A DNA stretch of 64,000 nt from Candidatus Eiseniibacteriota bacterium (lineage in GTDB: Bacteria > Eisenbacteria > RBG-16-71-46 > JABDJR01), in assembly GCA_963762255.1 (NCBI GenBank), contig CAVXKA010000002.1:384001-448000 (forward strand), written 5' to 3'. Positions 50,151 through 61,700 of this stretch are shown in pieces (the stretch's first letter is position 1; each line of letters begins with the position of its first letter). A program made the translations under genes and the position numbers. The notes beneath the pieces are model-generated. The model was not told the origin of the DNA. It worked only from the letters and a program-made list of their open reading frames with translations, and did no database searches.

Positions 50151-50226
50151 TGCTTACACTCCTTTGCGCATCAACAGACGGGCTCCACTTGAAGCCGGGT
50201 CTTCTCTCTGGATTGTGAAAAACCGA

Positions 50227-50496
50227 TTACTTGCGCAGCCCGAGCTCTTTCACGATGGTGCGGTAGCGCTCGATCTCGTTGGCCTTCAGGTAGTCGAGAA
50301 GGCGGCGGCGCTGGCCGACGAGCTTCAGGAGCCCGCGGCGAGAGTGGTGATCCTTCTTGTGGATCCGGAAGTGCTCGGTCAGGTACTTGATCCGCTCCGT
50401 GAGGAGCGCGATCTGGACTTCGGGGGATCCCGAGTCGTGCTCATGAAGGCGAAACTTGTCGATCAGGTCTTTCTTCTGATCCCTGCTCAAAGCCAT
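50227..50496 (-). CDS. rpsO: 30S ribosomal protein S15
   Basis: '[13 protein letters not shown]...[25 protein letters not shown]'. GGAGG SD. Confidence 0.98.
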   Translation of the reverse strand: MALSRDQKKDLIDKFRLHEHDSGSPEVQIALLTERIKYLTEHFRIHKKDHHSRRGLLKLVGQRRRLLDYLKANEIERYRTIVKELGLRK

Positions 50497-50592
50497 CGAA
50501 ACCTCCCAACGCATTGAAACGACGCCACAACCCGGGTTGGGACCCAGAGGAGGGCGGATGGGGCTACCCCAAATGCTAATTGCCAGCGGAGG

Positions 50593-50621
50593 ACCTTACC
50601 ATCAGCCGGCGGGCATCTCAA
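50593..50621 (-). promoter_or_regulatory. Sigma70-type promoter for rpsO-pnp
   Basis: Minus strand TTGAGA-17nt-TAAGGT with an extended -10 TG. Confidence 0.55.
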
Positions 50622-50627
50622 GCGGGA

Positions 50628-51536
50628 TTATCGACCGGCCGGGGGCGGGATCAAGCGAATCCGGGCCGCGGCGGCGTCGCGGCCGATCTGGGCCGACAAC
50701 TCCTCCGCACCGGCGAACTTGCGCTCCGGCCGAAGCCGGTCGACGAAGTCCAACTCGAGCCGCGCTCCCCGGAGATCCCCTTCGAAATCAAGGAGGTGGA
50801 CTTCAACCGTCGGCGGCCCGTCCCCGAACGTGGGCCGGGCCCCCAAGTTCACCACCCCCGGCGCCAAGGCGAGACCGGCGCCGCTCACCATCACGGCGTA
50901 CACCCCTCGCGCCGGCTGAAGTTTGTGAGGTAACACGCTGAGGTTGGCGGTCGGAAAACCCAAGCTGCGCCCGCGACCGTCCCCCACCCCCACGAGGCCC
51001 GCCAGTCGGTAGGGCCGCCCGAGGAGACCCGCGGCCCGCGCCACCGCGCCTTCGTTCAAGAGGCGACGAACCCGGGTCGAGGAAACCGGTCCCTCCCCGT
51101 CCAGGACCGGCGGCACCCCCTCGACATCGAAACCACCCTCACGCCCGAGACCCCGCAGGACAGGAATCGTCCCCGCCCGCTCGCGTCCCATGGCGAAATC
51201 GTATCCGACAACCAGGGCAGCCAGGCGACCGAAGGCATAGACATGCTCCTCGAGAAACCGGTGCGGCGGTCGCGCGGCAAGGCGTTCGTTGAAGCTGAGT
51301 ACGCGCACCTCCCCCGCCCCCGCCCCTCGCAAGAGCGCGATCTTCTCAGCGAGCGGGGTGAGTTGCGGCGATCCGGCGGCGCCGGCCAGCACCGCCCGCG
51401 GATGCGCGTCGAAGGTGAACACCACGAGAGACGCGCCACTCTCCCGCGCCCGCTCCCGCGCCCGCGCAACGACAGCGGAGTGGCCGCGGTGGAAACCGTC
51501 GAAGACTCCGATCGTAGCCACCACCGCCCGGCTCAT
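50628..51536 (-). CDS. ribF: Bifunctional riboflavin kinase/FAD synthetase
   Basis: 'IGVFDGFHRGH', 'VGYDFAMG', 'SSTRVR', 'GRSLGFPTAN', 'EVHLLDF', 'LRPERKF'. Confidence 0.95.
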   Translation of the reverse strand: MSRAVVATIGVFDGFHRGHSAVVARARERARESGASLVVFTFDAHPRAVLAGAAGSPQLTPLAEKIALLRGAGAGEVRVLSFNERLAARPPHRFLEEHVYAFGRLAALVVGYDFAMGRERAGTIPVLRGLGREGGFDVEGVPPVLDGEGPVSSTRVRRLLNEGAVARAAGLLGRPYRLAGLVGVGDGRGRSLGFPTANLSVLPHKLQPARGVYAVMVSGAGLALAPGVVNLGARPTFGDGPPTVEVHLLDFEGDLRGARLELDFVDRLRPERKFAGAEELSAQIGRDAAAARIRLIPPPAGR

Positions 51537-52438
51537 CCCGCGACCTCCGGAGTCTCGAGCACGCGGAGGTAGACGATCGAGTCGCCGCCACGGACCAACG
51601 CGAGCAGTCGCCCCCGGCCATCGAGCACGCGGAAACACTCCCCGGGGGCGGCACGCCGATCCGGATCGCGCCAGGAACCGCACATCACCTCCCGCGCCTG
51701 TCCGTCGGAGACGATGATCGCTCGCCAATCGGGGAGCGCGTCCGCGGGCCGGATCGCAGACTTGAGGATCTCTTCGCCGCCTCGCTCGATGAGGAGATCC
51801 AGAGGGAGCGCGTCGGCGAGGCGAAAGGGGCCGACATCGGTCCGCGTGAGCGATTCCAGGCACGCCCCCACTCCCAGCGTCTCGCCGAGATCATGGGCCA
51901 GGGTACGAACGTAGGTCCCCGAGGAACACGTCACGCGCAGCCGCGCGAAAGGAAAATGCCAGTCGAGCAACTCGAGCTCGTGGACTTCCCGCGTTCGGGC
52001 AACCCGCTCTCGGGTCTCGCCCCGCCGGGCGATGTCATAGAGCCGCTCACCGCCGCTCTTCACCGCTGAGTACATGGGAGGCACTTGATCGATCGTCCCC
52101 CGAAAGGGAGCCAGAGCTTCCCGAATCGCGTCGGCGGTGAGTGCTTCGGCATCGCGCTCGGCGAGCACGCGGCCGGTGCGATCCTGGGTGTCGGTGACCC
52201 GCCCGAAGCGGACGGTGGCGAGGTAGGTTTTCGATTGGGCCTGGATATACGTCAGAAGCCCGGTGGCTTTCTCCCAGGCCACGATCAGGAGACCGTCGGC
52301 GAACGGGTCGAGCGTACCCGCATGGCCTACTCGGCGCGTGCCCAGCGCCCGCACCACGGCATCCACCACCGCCCGCGAGGTGGGCCCGCAAGGTTTGGCG
52401 ACCAGGAGCACGCCGGAGTCAGGGCGAGACCGGCTCAA
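51533..52438 (-). CDS. truB: tRNA pseudouridine(55) synthase
   Basis: 'RVGHAGTLDPFADG', 'QVPPMYSAVK', 'CSSGTYVRTLAHDLG'. Confidence 0.96.
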   Translation of the reverse strand: MSRSRPDSGVLLVAKPCGPTSRAVVDAVVRALGTRRVGHAGTLDPFADGLLIVAWEKATGLLTYIQAQSKTYLATVRFGRVTDTQDRTGRVLAERDAEALTADAIREALAPFRGTIDQVPPMYSAVKSGGERLYDIARRGETRERVARTREVHELELLDWHFPFARLRVTCSSGTYVRTLAHDLGETLGVGACLESLTRTDVGPFRLADALPLDLLIERGGEEILKSAIRPADALPDWRAIIVSDGQAREVMCGSWRDPDRRAAPGECFRVLDGRGRLLALVRGGDSIVYLRVLETPEVAG

Positions 52439-52809
52439 TCGTCCTCGACGTCCCCGCGCGGAGCATCACCGGTCTCCAGCTCGCGCAGCAGCTTGGCGAT
52501 CCGAATGGCCTCCTCTGCCGAGCGATCGGGACGGAAGTACAGCTCGGGGGTGTGGCGCAGGCGGATTCTCCGGCCCAGCTCCGTGCGCAGGAATCCCTTC
52601 GCGCGATCCAGGGTCTCGAGGGTCGAATCCAGCGCATCGTCCTCGAGGGTGGACACGAACACCCGTGCCGAGCGCAGATCCTCGGCGACTTCCACGCGCG
52701 TCAAGGTCATGAAGCCGTGACGGGGGTCCTTCATCTCGGTCTGGATGATGTCGGAGAGCTCGATCTGAATGCGGTCGGCGACACGGTGGCTTCTCGGGTT
52801 CACACCCAT
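52435..52809 (-). CDS. rbfA: Ribosome-binding factor A
   Basis: 'KDPR...TRVEVAEDLRSARVFVS...GFLR...LRHTPELYF'. Confidence 0.96.
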   Translation of the reverse strand: MGVNPRSHRVADRIQIELSDIIQTEMKDPRHGFMTLTRVEVAEDLRSARVFVSTLEDDALDSTLETLDRAKGFLRTELGRRIRLRHTPELYFRPDRSAEEAIRIAKLLRELETGDAPRGDVEDD

Positions 52810-53105
52810 GGGGAGGCTCCTTCGGCGGGCCGCACGTCCCGTCCCACGCGCAGAAGAGTGGCTCGCGGTTCGCGCAACACAACCGCCTCGATCTTGCCGG
52901 CAAGATTGTCGAGGTAGCCACCGTCGCCCGACACCGCGGCGGCGAGCAACACCGCGCGCTGCCAGAGGTCTTGTCCGTCGACTTCCGCCACCGAGAGATT
53001 GAGTTGAGAGAGCCGCGTCTTGAGGTGGTTGAGCACCGAACGCTTGGCTTTCAACGACTGGGAGCCGGGTAGGAAGAGCTCGATCCGATACACCCCGACA
53101 AACAA
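52800..53105 (-). CDS. DUF503 (YlxP) protein
   Basis: 'SLKAKRSVL...NLSVAEVDGQDLWQRA'; canonical position between infB and rbfA. Confidence 0.92.
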   Translation of the reverse strand: MFVGVYRIELFLPGSQSLKAKRSVLNHLKTRLSQLNLSVAEVDGQDLWQRAVLLAAAVSGDGGYLDNLAGKIEAVVLREPRATLLRVGRDVRPAEGASPWV

Positions 53106-53153
53106 GATCTCACCCCCTCGCGGGATGCGTCCGCACGCGGCGGACGATCGCGA

Positions 53154-55475
53154 TCAAATCCGGCGGGAGACGAGTTCGATGGCGAAGGACTCGATGATGT
53201 CTCCCTCTCGGACGTCGTCGTGGCCCTCCAAGCCGATGCCGCACTCGAAACCGTTGGCCACTTCGCGCACGTCGTCCTTGAACCGCTTCAGGCTCGCGAT
53301 GCGCCCCTCGAACACGACCTCGCCGTCGCGCTTCAGGCGCACGCGGTGGGCGCGTGCGATGCTGCCGCTCACGACGTGACATCCGGCGATGGTGCCGGCC
53401 CTGGTGACGCGGAAGGTCTGGCGCACCTCCGCCTGTCCGTGCACCTTCTCCACTTCCTCCGGCTTGAGGAGCCCGGAAAGCGCGCTCTTCACGTCCTCCA
53501 CCGCCTCGTAGACGATGTTGTAGAGTCGGATGTCCACCTTCGCCGATTGGGCCGCCTGCTGGGCTTTCGCATCCACGCGCACGTTGAACCCGATGATGAC
53601 CGCCTTGGAGGCGTCGGCGAGGTGCACGTCGGACTCGTTGATCTGGCCCACACCCGAGTGGAGCACCATCGACTTCACCTCGGCGGTGCCGAGCCGGCCG
53701 AGCTGATCGGCCAGCACTTCCACGGACCCAGCTACGTCGGCCTTGATGATGAGGCGCAGCTCGGAGACGCCCTCTCGGTCCATCATCTCCGTAAAGTTCT
53801 CCAGGGTGATCGGCGCGCGCATCTGTTGCTCGGCTTCGCGGGCCACGAGCTGCCGCCGCTGTCCGATCTCCTTGGCCTGGGCTTCGCTCTCGGTGGCGGT
53901 GAAGAAATCTCCGGCCATCGGCGGCCCCGACCATCCCGTGATCTCCACCGGCGAGGAGGGACCCGCTTCCTTCACCCGCTTCCCCCGCTCGTTGGTCATG
54001 GAGCGCACGCGGCCGAACTCCTTGCCGCAGACGAAGGGATCCTTCTCGCGCAGCGTGCCGGTCTGCACCAGCACGGTAGCCACGATGCCCCGCCCCTGCT
54101 CCACCTTGGACTCGATCACCACCCCGCGGGCGCGGCGATTGGGATTGGCCTTGAGTTCGAGGACGTCGGCCTGGAGCAGGAGGAGTTCGAGCAGCGTCTC
54201 GATCCCGATCCCCTTCTTGGCCGAGATCTCCGCGCTGGGAACCTGGCCGCCGAACTCTTCGATGAGCACTCCCCGGCCGGCCAACTGCTGCTTGACCAGT
54301 ATCGTGTTCGCCTCGGGCTTGTCGATCTTGTTGATGGCCACCACGATCGGCACCTTGGCCGCGTTAGCGTGATCGATGGCCTCTATCGTCTGCGGCATGA
54401 CCTGGTCGTCCGCCGCCACGACCAGCACGACGATATCGGTGGCCTTTGCGCCGCGGGCACGCATGGCGGTGAAGGCCTGGTGGCCCGGAGTGTCCAGGAA
54501 GGTCACCTTGCGCCCGCCGGGGAGCTCGACCTCGTAGGCGCCGATGTGCTGGGTGATGCCCCCCTTCTCGCCCGCAACGACGTTGGCCTTGCGAATGTGG
54601 TCGAGGAGCGAGGTCTTTCCGTGATCGACGTGGCCCATGACCGTGATGACCGGAGCGCGCGGCTCCAGATCCTCGGGGCGATCGACTTCTTCCTCCTCGG
54701 CGATCTCCTCCGCTCCGATCTCGCTCTCGAACTCCACGGCGAAACCGAACTCAAGCGCCACCATCTCCAACGTGTCGCGGTCGAGTCGCTGGTTCTGGGT
54801 GGCCATCACGCCGAGTCCGAGCAGCTTGTTGATGACCGCCGCGGGCTTCACCTTGAGCTTCTCGGCGAGCTCGGCCACGCTCGCCATCTCGGGGATGCGC
54901 AGCGCCTCTTCGTGCTCCTTGGTGGCGACACCGGCAGGAGGAGGCGACGCCGGCTGCAACTCGACCTGCTTCTTCCGGAACCGCTTGACCTTGCCCCCCG
55001 CTTCCAGCTCGGCCAGCGTCTTCTTCACGCTGTCCTGAACCGCCTTCTGATCCACGTCCCGCCGGCGCACCCGATCCGGCTTGGGAGGCTCCGGCGTCGC
55101 TACGGCCGCGGGAGGCGGAGGAGGAGGCGGCGCGACTTCCGGCTTGGGAGGGGGAGGCGCGGGCTTGGGCGTCAACGTCAGTTCGGGAACCACCACCTTG
55201 GGAGGAGCCGGAGGGGGGGCCGGTGCGGCCGGGCGCTTGGGGTCGCGCGTCTCGCGCTCCAACGCCGCCTTGACCTCTTGCTTGCGCGCGTCCTCCTGTT
55301 GAACCACCTTCTTCTCATCCGCAAACTTCTGCTTGATCAGATCGACCACGGAATCGTCGAGCGTGCTCATGTGGCTCCGAGCGGCCACACCCAAGCTATC
55401 GAGGATCCCGATCAGGGCCTCGCTCGACACGTTGAAATCCTTGGCAACCTGATAAACGCGCAGCTTCTGGGTCAA
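53154..55475 (-). CDS. infB: Translation initiation factor IF-2
   Basis: IF2_N 'RVYQVAK', '[13 protein letters not shown]', '[10 protein letters not shown]', 'DTPGH', 'NKID', 'LKRFKDDV'. Confidence 0.98.
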   Translation of the reverse strand: MTQKLRVYQVAKDFNVSSEALIGILDSLGVAARSHMSTLDDSVVDLIKQKFADEKKVVQQEDARKQEVKAALERETRDPKRPAAPAPPPAPPKVVVPELTLTPKPAPPPPKPEVAPPPPPPPAAVATPEPPKPDRVRRRDVDQKAVQDSVKKTLAELEAGGKVKRFRKKQVELQPASPPPAGVATKEHEEALRIPEMASVAELAEKLKVKPAAVINKLLGLGVMATQNQRLDRDTLEMVALEFGFAVEFESEIGAEEIAEEEEVDRPEDLEPRAPVITVMGHVDHGKTSLLDHIRKANVVAGEKGGITQHIGAYEVELPGGRKVTFLDTPGHQAFTAMRARGAKATDIVVLVVAADDQVMPQTIEAIDHANAAKVPIVVAINKIDKPEANTILVKQQLAGRGVLIEEFGGQVPSAEISAKKGIGIETLLELLLLQADVLELKANPNRRARGVVIESKVEQGRGIVATVLVQTGTLREKDPFVCGKEFGRVRSMTNERGKRVKEAGPSSPVEITGWSGPPMAGDFFTATESEAQAKEIGQRRQLVAREAEQQMRAPITLENFTEMMDREGVSELRLIIKADVAGSVEVLADQLGRLGTAEVKSMVLHSGVGQINESDVHLADASKAVIIGFNVRVDAKAQQAAQSAKVDIRLYNIVYEAVEDVKSALSGLLKPEEVEKVHGQAEVRQTFRVTRAGTIAGCHVVSGSIARAHRVRLKRDGEVVFEGRIASLKRFKDDVREVANGFECGIGLEGHDDVREGDIIESFAIELVSRRI

Positions 55476-55530
55476 ATCTCTCCCCCGATCCTACGTACAA
55501 AACCTCGGCGGGGCCGGCCCGAAAATGGCC

Positions 55531-57051
55531 TTAGGCCTCGGTCGGCTCCTCCGCCGTGGTGCGATCCGAACCGCTCTCCGCGCCCTCGTCCGGGTTCTCG
55601 TCCGGCGATTGGGCCGCCAGTTCGTCGTCCGGCTGCTCCTGCGCGGTATCGGTGTCCGGCTGTTCCGTCGCAGTCTCGGCGTCCGGATCCTTCGCCTCTT
55701 CGACTCCACCCTTCTCTTCCCCCGCGGTCGCGAACGCTTCGACGATTTCGTTCCCCGGGTCCTCCCCGTCTCCCCCCTCCGCTACGGCCTTCGCCGCCGC
55801 AGACGATCGCGCGTTGGCCAGCGCGGCAAGGGCCACACCATAGACCCGCTCGGCCGCGCTCTCGGCGAGGCCCGCGACGTCGGCCAGCCCCTCGAGGCCG
55901 CCCGATTCGATATCGAGCGCCGTGTCGATACCCGCGGCGTGCAGAGCCTCGGCCAGCGCCTCGTTCATTCCCTCGAAGTCCTCGATCGGAACATCCGCCT
56001 CGGCGGCCGCCGTCTTCGCCCTGAACTCGCTCTCGGCGTGCAGCTCGATCTTCCAGCCGGTGAGCTTGTGGGCAAGCCGCACGTTTTGTCCCTGCTTGCC
56101 GATAGCCAGGGAGAGCTGGTCGTCCGCCACCACCACCGTGACCTTGTGCAGATCGTGATCCACTCGCGCGTCGAGGGCCTTGGCCGGTCCCAGGCTGCGC
56201 GAGACGAACACGACCGGGTCCTGCGACCACGGCACGATATCGATGCGCTCGCCGCCCAGTTCCTTGACGATGGACTGCACGCGCGAGCCCTTGATCCCGA
56301 CGCAGGCGCCCACGGCGTCGATGCGCGGATCGTTGCTGGCCACCGCGATCTTCGAGCGAAAGCCGGCTTCGCGCGCGACCGCTCTCACTTCGACCACTCT
56401 CTCCGCGATCTCGGGCACCTCCGCCGCAAACAATTTGACCAGGAAGTCGGGATGGGTGCGGCTCAAGATCACTTGGGGCCCGCGAGCCTCCTTGTCCACC
56501 TTGATCACCAGCGCCCGCACCATTTCGCGCTGACGGAAACGGTCGCGGTGCATCAACTCGCGAGCCGGAATGACGGCCTCGGCGGTGTCGAGTTTCAGCA
56601 CGATGTTGCCGCGGTCGATCTGCTGGACGATTCCGCGCACCACCAAACCGACACGGTCGGCGAAGTCGGTGTAAACCCGTTCGCGTTCGGCCTCGCGCAC
56701 CCCCTGGATGAGCACTTGCTTGGCCGACTGGATGGCGTTGCGCCCGAACTCCGCGATGTCGAGAGGGATGACGATGTCGTCACCCACCGATGCGTCCGCC
56801 TTGTAGGCGCGCGCCTCGGTCGCGGTCATCTCCAGGCCGCGGTCGGAGACGTTGCCGACCACGGTCTTGGTCATGATCATTTCGATGCCCCCCCGGGCGC
56901 GATCGAAATTGACGAGGATCAGAGCGTTGGCCCCGTGCTTTCGCTTGGCCGCTGAAAGCAGGCTCGCTTCCAGGCGATCCACGAGAATCTGGAGGTCGAC
57001 TCCCTTCTCGCGCGCGATCTGGCTCAACGCTTCTACGATGTCGTAGTTCAT
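55531..57051 (-). CDS. nusA: Transcription termination/antitermination factor NusA with a long acidic tail
   Basis: '[12 protein letters not shown]', 'LSRTHP', '[12 protein letters not shown]', 'DAVGACVG', '[13 protein letters not shown]'. Confidence 0.97.
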   Translation of the reverse strand: MNYDIVEALSQIAREKGVDLQILVDRLEASLLSAAKRKHGANALILVNFDRARGGIEMIMTKTVVGNVSDRGLEMTATEARAYKADASVGDDIVIPLDIAEFGRNAIQSAKQVLIQGVREAERERVYTDFADRVGLVVRGIVQQIDRGNIVLKLDTAEAVIPARELMHRDRFRQREMVRALVIKVDKEARGPQVILSRTHPDFLVKLFAAEVPEIAERVVEVRAVAREAGFRSKIAVASNDPRIDAVGACVGIKGSRVQSIVKELGGERIDIVPWSQDPVVFVSRSLGPAKALDARVDHDLHKVTVVVADDQLSLAIGKQGQNVRLAHKLTGWKIELHAESEFRAKTAAAEADVPIEDFEGMNEALAEALHAAGIDTALDIESGGLEGLADVAGLAESAAERVYGVALAALANARSSAAAKAVAEGGDGEDPGNEIVEAFATAGEEKGGVEEAKDPDAETATEQPDTDTAQEQPDDELAAQSPDENPDEGAESGSDRTTAEEPTEA

Positions 57052-57590
57052 TCCTGGCCTCTTCGGAGTTCGTCCGATTCACGGCGCATGTCCGGCCCCT
57101 TGCCGGCCCGCTCCCCACCGGTCTCCCGCCGCCACGGGTCCCGTTTGAGATGCGCTTTCTTCACCGCGCCGAGCGGAAGCGCGAACGTGCTTCCGTCCTC
57201 CATGCGCAGCAAAATTTCCTGGCGGGCGTCGTCGAAGCCTTCGAGAACGCCCTCATGGTTGTGCCGCCCATCGACCTTCTCGTGAGTGGACAGCATCGCC
57301 GTTTCGCCCGCGAAGCGACGATAGTCCTCGGCCCGGCGCAACGGTCGATCCACCCCCGGGCTCGACACTTCGAGGACATAACGCCCGGGAAACGTCCCGT
57401 GCGCTTCGAAGTGATCCCCCACCGCCCGACTCACGCGCGCACAATCCTCGATCGAGACACCGCCTTCTTTGTCGACGAATATGCGGACGAGCAAACCCCG
57501 GGACGACCCCGTACATTGGACGTCCACAACCTCGTATTCAGTCGCCTGGAGGAGGGCTTCCACCTCCGCGAGAAGTTCGGTGCTTCGCAA
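57048..57590 (-). CDS. rimP: Ribosome maturation factor RimP
   Basis: 'RIFVDKEGGVSIEDC', 'YVLEVSSPGVDRPL'; TTG start after an AAGGAG SD. Confidence 0.94.
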   Translation of the reverse strand: MRSTELLAEVEALLQATEYEVVDVQCTGSSRGLLVRIFVDKEGGVSIEDCARVSRAVGDHFEAHGTFPGRYVLEVSSPGVDRPLRRAEDYRRFAGETAMLSTHEKVDGRHNHEGVLEGFDDARQEILLRMEDGSTFALPLGAVKKAHLKRDPWRRETGGERAGKGPDMRRESDELRRGQE

Positions 57591-57684
57591 CCCGCTCCTT
57601 GTCTCTAACCGGGTAAAAGGCAAAGACATGCCTATCGGACCCCGGAGGGTCCGCGGCACATCCCCATCCAGCCCCAAAACGAAC

Positions 57685-57709
57685 CGAGTGGGCAAGGCCT
57701 GCCCACTCG
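57685..57709 (-). promoter_or_regulatory. rimP leader hairpin
   Basis: CGAGTGGGCA-aggcc-TGCCCACTCG, a 10-bp inverted repeat upstream of rimP matching the known GGGc...gCCC rimP-leader motif. Confidence 0.75.
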
Positions 57710-57823
57710 TAGCGGGTTACCATACACCACCCCCCGCCAAACCGCAAGGGTACGGGGCGCGAGGGCCCGACGTCTCAGGTAAGACGCGAACAAACGTGGA
57801 ACAAATCGTTTATAGCAAATGTG

Positions 57824-58783
57824 TTAGGGGTTCATGACGAGGGAGAGCATAACTCGTCCCACCGATCCCAATGATGCTGCCGACACGCGGGAAACGTCGT
57901 CCCCAGCGGTGTGCCAATATGGATAGTCGAAGTCGATGACATCCACGGTGGGAAGCCCCGCTTCGATCAGAGGAATGTGGTCGTCGATCACGTTCGGTCC
58001 GAGTCGAGCCGCGAAGACGCCCGGCTCGAGTCGGCGTCCCCGCTCCCAGACCCAGTCCACGACTTCCGGTGCGAGCCGGAACGAATTCTGCTCGATCGGG
58101 ATGCCGAGGTCGACGTCCCCCACCATGTCGAGCACGATTCCTCGTTCATAGCTCCCAAGTCCGCGTTCGGCGAAACGCCGAGTCCCCCGGCAGAATCCCT
58201 CGGGGTTGTCCGAACGACCGAGATCCTCCCCGTCCGCGAAAAGCAGATCGACACCGCCGGGTGGTGAACGCCGGGAGAAGACCCGGGCCAGTTCGAGAAG
58301 CACCGCCACACCCGACGCGCCGTCGTTGGCTCCAGGGAAGGGTTGCAGGCGGCGGGCGGGGTCCGCGTCTTCGTCCGCCCAGGGCCGCGTGTCCCAGTGG
58401 GCCACCAGCAAGAGGCGCGCGCCGCCTTCAGGTCCGAAGCGTCCGAGGATATTCTCGAGCGGCCAGTCCAACCCGGCGGGATCTCGGTAAGTGAACGCAT
58501 CCCGCTCGACCCTTCCACCACAGGCGGCGAGCCGGGCGGCCAGCCAGTCGGCGCACGCCCGATGAGCATCCGTCCCCGGCACTCGCGGGCCGAACGCCAA
58601 TTGAGAGGTCAGGGCCACCCACGCCGAGTCCGGCTCGAATTCCACCGGCAACGCAGGGGAACTCCCCTCCCGCTCGGAAAGGGGCGCGCTCCTTGCCGGC
58701 GGGGCGGGAGCGGGCCGCGCACCGCAACCGACGAGGACGGCCAGAAGCGCGGCCGACGCGACGCGCTTCGCAATCCAACCCAT
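57824..58783 (-). CDS. M28-family lipoprotein, glutaminyl-cyclase-like
   Basis: Lipobox 'VLVGC'; 'FGPRVPG', 'AHWDTRPWAD', 'GANDGASG', 'DGEDLG', 'LDMVG', 'DDHIP', 'IDFDYPYWHT'. Its ATG overlaps the sprA stop. Confidence 0.85.
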   Translation of the reverse strand: MGWIAKRVASAALLAVLVGCGARPAPAPPARSAPLSEREGSSPALPVEFEPDSAWVALTSQLAFGPRVPGTDAHRACADWLAARLAACGGRVERDAFTYRDPAGLDWPLENILGRFGPEGGARLLLVAHWDTRPWADEDADPARRLQPFPGANDGASGVAVLLELARVFSRRSPPGGVDLLFADGEDLGRSDNPEGFCRGTRRFAERGLGSYERGIVLDMVGDVDLGIPIEQNSFRLAPEVVDWVWERGRRLEPGVFAARLGPNVIDDHIPLIEAGLPTVDVIDFDYPYWHTAGDDVSRVSAASLGSVGRVMLSLVMNP

Positions 58784-61700
58784 CAGAACGAGAACCCGGA
58801 GGTGAAGGAGAGTCCGATCGAGCGCCGGGTGTAGTTGGCCACGAGGTTTCGCTGCTGACCCAGATTGACGCCCAGGGTTCCGGTGATGGTGCTCGTCATC
58901 CGGAACGTGCCCCCCATTCGCAGTTGCAGGTTGTCCGTCTTCTGCGGCTGCGGCGGGGTCAATCCCGAGGACAATCGGGTCACCTGATCCTGGCGGGTGT
59001 AGTTGGCGTCGATACTCAGATCGATGTCGCGGGGCTTTCCTCCCTTCGTCTTGCGGAGGAACTTCTTGGCCAGGGTGAGCCGATAGGTGAGGCTCGAACG
59101 ATCGGTGGTGAACGCGGAGCCGCCCGCCTGCCGATTCACGGTCTGGCCCGAACTCTTGTCGAGGCTCATGCTCGTCCGCCAATCGCCGCGGATCGTACCG
59201 TTCAGACTCACCAGCGGCCGCCAGTTGATGGTCGTGGTCGCCGACTCCTTCGGATTGGACTCGTTTCCCGCGTCGGTGGTGGTGCGACTGTAGTTCGTCG
59301 AGGCGGTCTTGAAATCGGTGAAGATCTTGTTAACGAGAGGGAGCTTCTTCTGGATGTCGTTCCAGTTGAAGCGCACGTCGGGCCAGGTCGTCTCTTCCTG
59401 GATGCGGCCCAGGCCGTTGTTGGTCTGGCTACGATCCAGGCGCTTCTGATACGTGAAGTCCATGGAGAGCTGCTTGCCGATTCCGAGCGACGTGTTGCCG
59501 CGATAGGTCTGGGTGTCTCCCCTGTTGTCGTTGAGAGGCGCCCGCGAGACCTTGAACAGGTTTCGATCCATCCCGGCATCGCGGGTGAGGCCGAATCGGT
59601 AGCCCAGAGGCGGGGTCCCGTGAACGCCGCTCAACGCACTCCGCTTGCCGAACGTGGCCGACGCCTGAATGTCGTTCAGGCTGATCATGCGCGTGAAGAG
59701 AGTCCCGAACTGGGCCCGCGCGCCGGGCTTGTCCTTCGGCGGCCCCGCGGCCCGAGCCCCGGTCGAATCGGGGGGCGCCCCCGCCTTCCCCATCTGCTGT
59801 CGACGCTCCGCCTCCCGGACTTCCTCGCGCTGCCTGGCGGCCTCCGCGCCTGCCGAGGACACCGGCGTGCCGGCGAGCTTCCTCACCCACTGCTGCAGGG
59901 GCACGGTCAACGAGAGGTTCGCGGTACTCGAGTTGCTCACATCGACGACGGTGCTGTCGTAGTCGGAGCGGGTCAAGTTGGGATCGGCGTTGTAGCTGTA
60001 GCTCCCGGTCCAGTTGAGTCGCGGACGGAAGGCCTCCACGAACGGAGGGTTGTAGCTGAAATTGACCGTGTTGGTCTGCCGGGTCTCCCGGCCCAGGTCG
60101 ATGCCGAACACCGTGGTCGGGCGACGCTGCAGGCGCACCAACTCGCTGTCGTGCTGAAAATGGTCGTTCACGAGGTCCCGGCCGGAGGTCCACGTGTAGG
60201 TGAGGAGGCGGATAGGCTGAATGTTCGACGTCAGTTGCAAGACCCCGGTCTGGGTCGAGGTCACCGGGTTCGGCTCGAGCACGTTGGGATCGGTGAGGTC
60301 GCGGGTGGAAAGCGTTCGCTCCGACTTGCTGCCGGAGAGATTCACCTGGAACGTGCGGGGCCACGGATACAACTCCGCCCGCCGGAACACCCGCAGCGGT
60401 GCGAGTTGGCTGAGGTTGAAGTCGTACGTGGCGGCTCCGTTCGTCGATCTCGAGTCCGACACCTGGGTCACGTTGGTATCGTGAGAGCGTGAGACACCGC
60501 CGTTGACCCGGACCGCATCCAGGGTGTAGCGCAGGAGCGTCGGGCTCATCCCACGAGTGTCTCGGGCGAGGGAAATCGAGACGTCGCGCTGCCAGTTCTC
60601 CGCGACCTCGGGGCCCGTGTCCGCGATGAATTCCACGTCGTTGTTGGGTTTGAACTTCGGGGTGCGCTTGCCCCGCTTGTAGTTGAACCTGAGCGGCGCC
60701 TGGATCCGCGCCCCCTCGAAGAGCTTGTTGAGGTTCACCTGGGTCCCCACGGTATAGGCGAGATCCCCGGTCCCGGTGCCGCGGGCCTGGCCCAGGCGAA
60801 GGAAGTCGGCCGACGTCTGGCTCACCGACGCCGACACGCTGGCCAGATCGGCCAGGACCAGGTTCGCGGAGGCGCGCGCGGCATAGCCGGTCTCGCGGCG
60901 CACGTCACCCATGCGCAACTCGTCCATCCAGACGCTTCCCCGGGGCACCTCGCGGCCGGTGACGTTGCGCAGCCCCATGCTCACCCGCCGCACTCGGGAG
61001 AAGGACGGGTTTCCGCGTATCGTCAATTCGAGCCCGTTACCGATCTGCTCCCGGGGCTTCTCCGGGCCCCCCACGAGATAGCATCCTTCCCCCGCCGGCT
61101 CGCAGGCCGGGTACTTGAGCTTCACGTTGCTGAGGTCCGTGAGATCGAGGCGGAAGTCCAGCCAGCCGTCCTCGCGTCGGCGCGGATCGAACTGGGTCAA
61201 GAGGGTCGATACTTCGTAGTAGGAGAGGGAATCGTTCGAGGCGTCGCTCCCGAATCGCACGAAGTACTCCACGGTGTCGCTGGGAATCGTCTCGAAGCGC
61301 GGGTTCGCGTAGAACGCGATGGTCTGGTAGAGCGTGTAGTCGCGCGCGTCGAGGAGGGGGCGAAAGGCCAGAAACTCATCCCCGGCGCGGAGGTTCTGGA
61401 AGTCGAATGAAATGCTCTGCTCGCGCTCGGTGATCCCGTTGGTGCGGCGGACCGCCACCGGAGACACGTAGTCGGCGTTGTCCTTGTTGTTGACCACCGA
61501 GACGTTGAACATCTGGTCGGCCTCGAGACTATCCTTCTCCGCCTCCGACACCTCCCACCGGTTTCCCACGATTTCCATGCTGGCGATCTGCACGTTCAGG
61601 GTGTCGCCGGGGTCGATGCCGCGCATCCAGATACGCGCATGCTGGATGGCGGTGAGGTCCGCCCCGTTCCCCTGCTTCAGGCTCGTCTCGTCGAGCGGGA

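Noticed and set aside
48210-50192. 660-aa plus-strand ORF
   Set aside because: Antisense shadow of pnp.
53220-56024. 934-aa plus-strand ORF
   Set aside because: Antisense shadow of infB/nusA caused by high-GC codon bias; no protein motifs.
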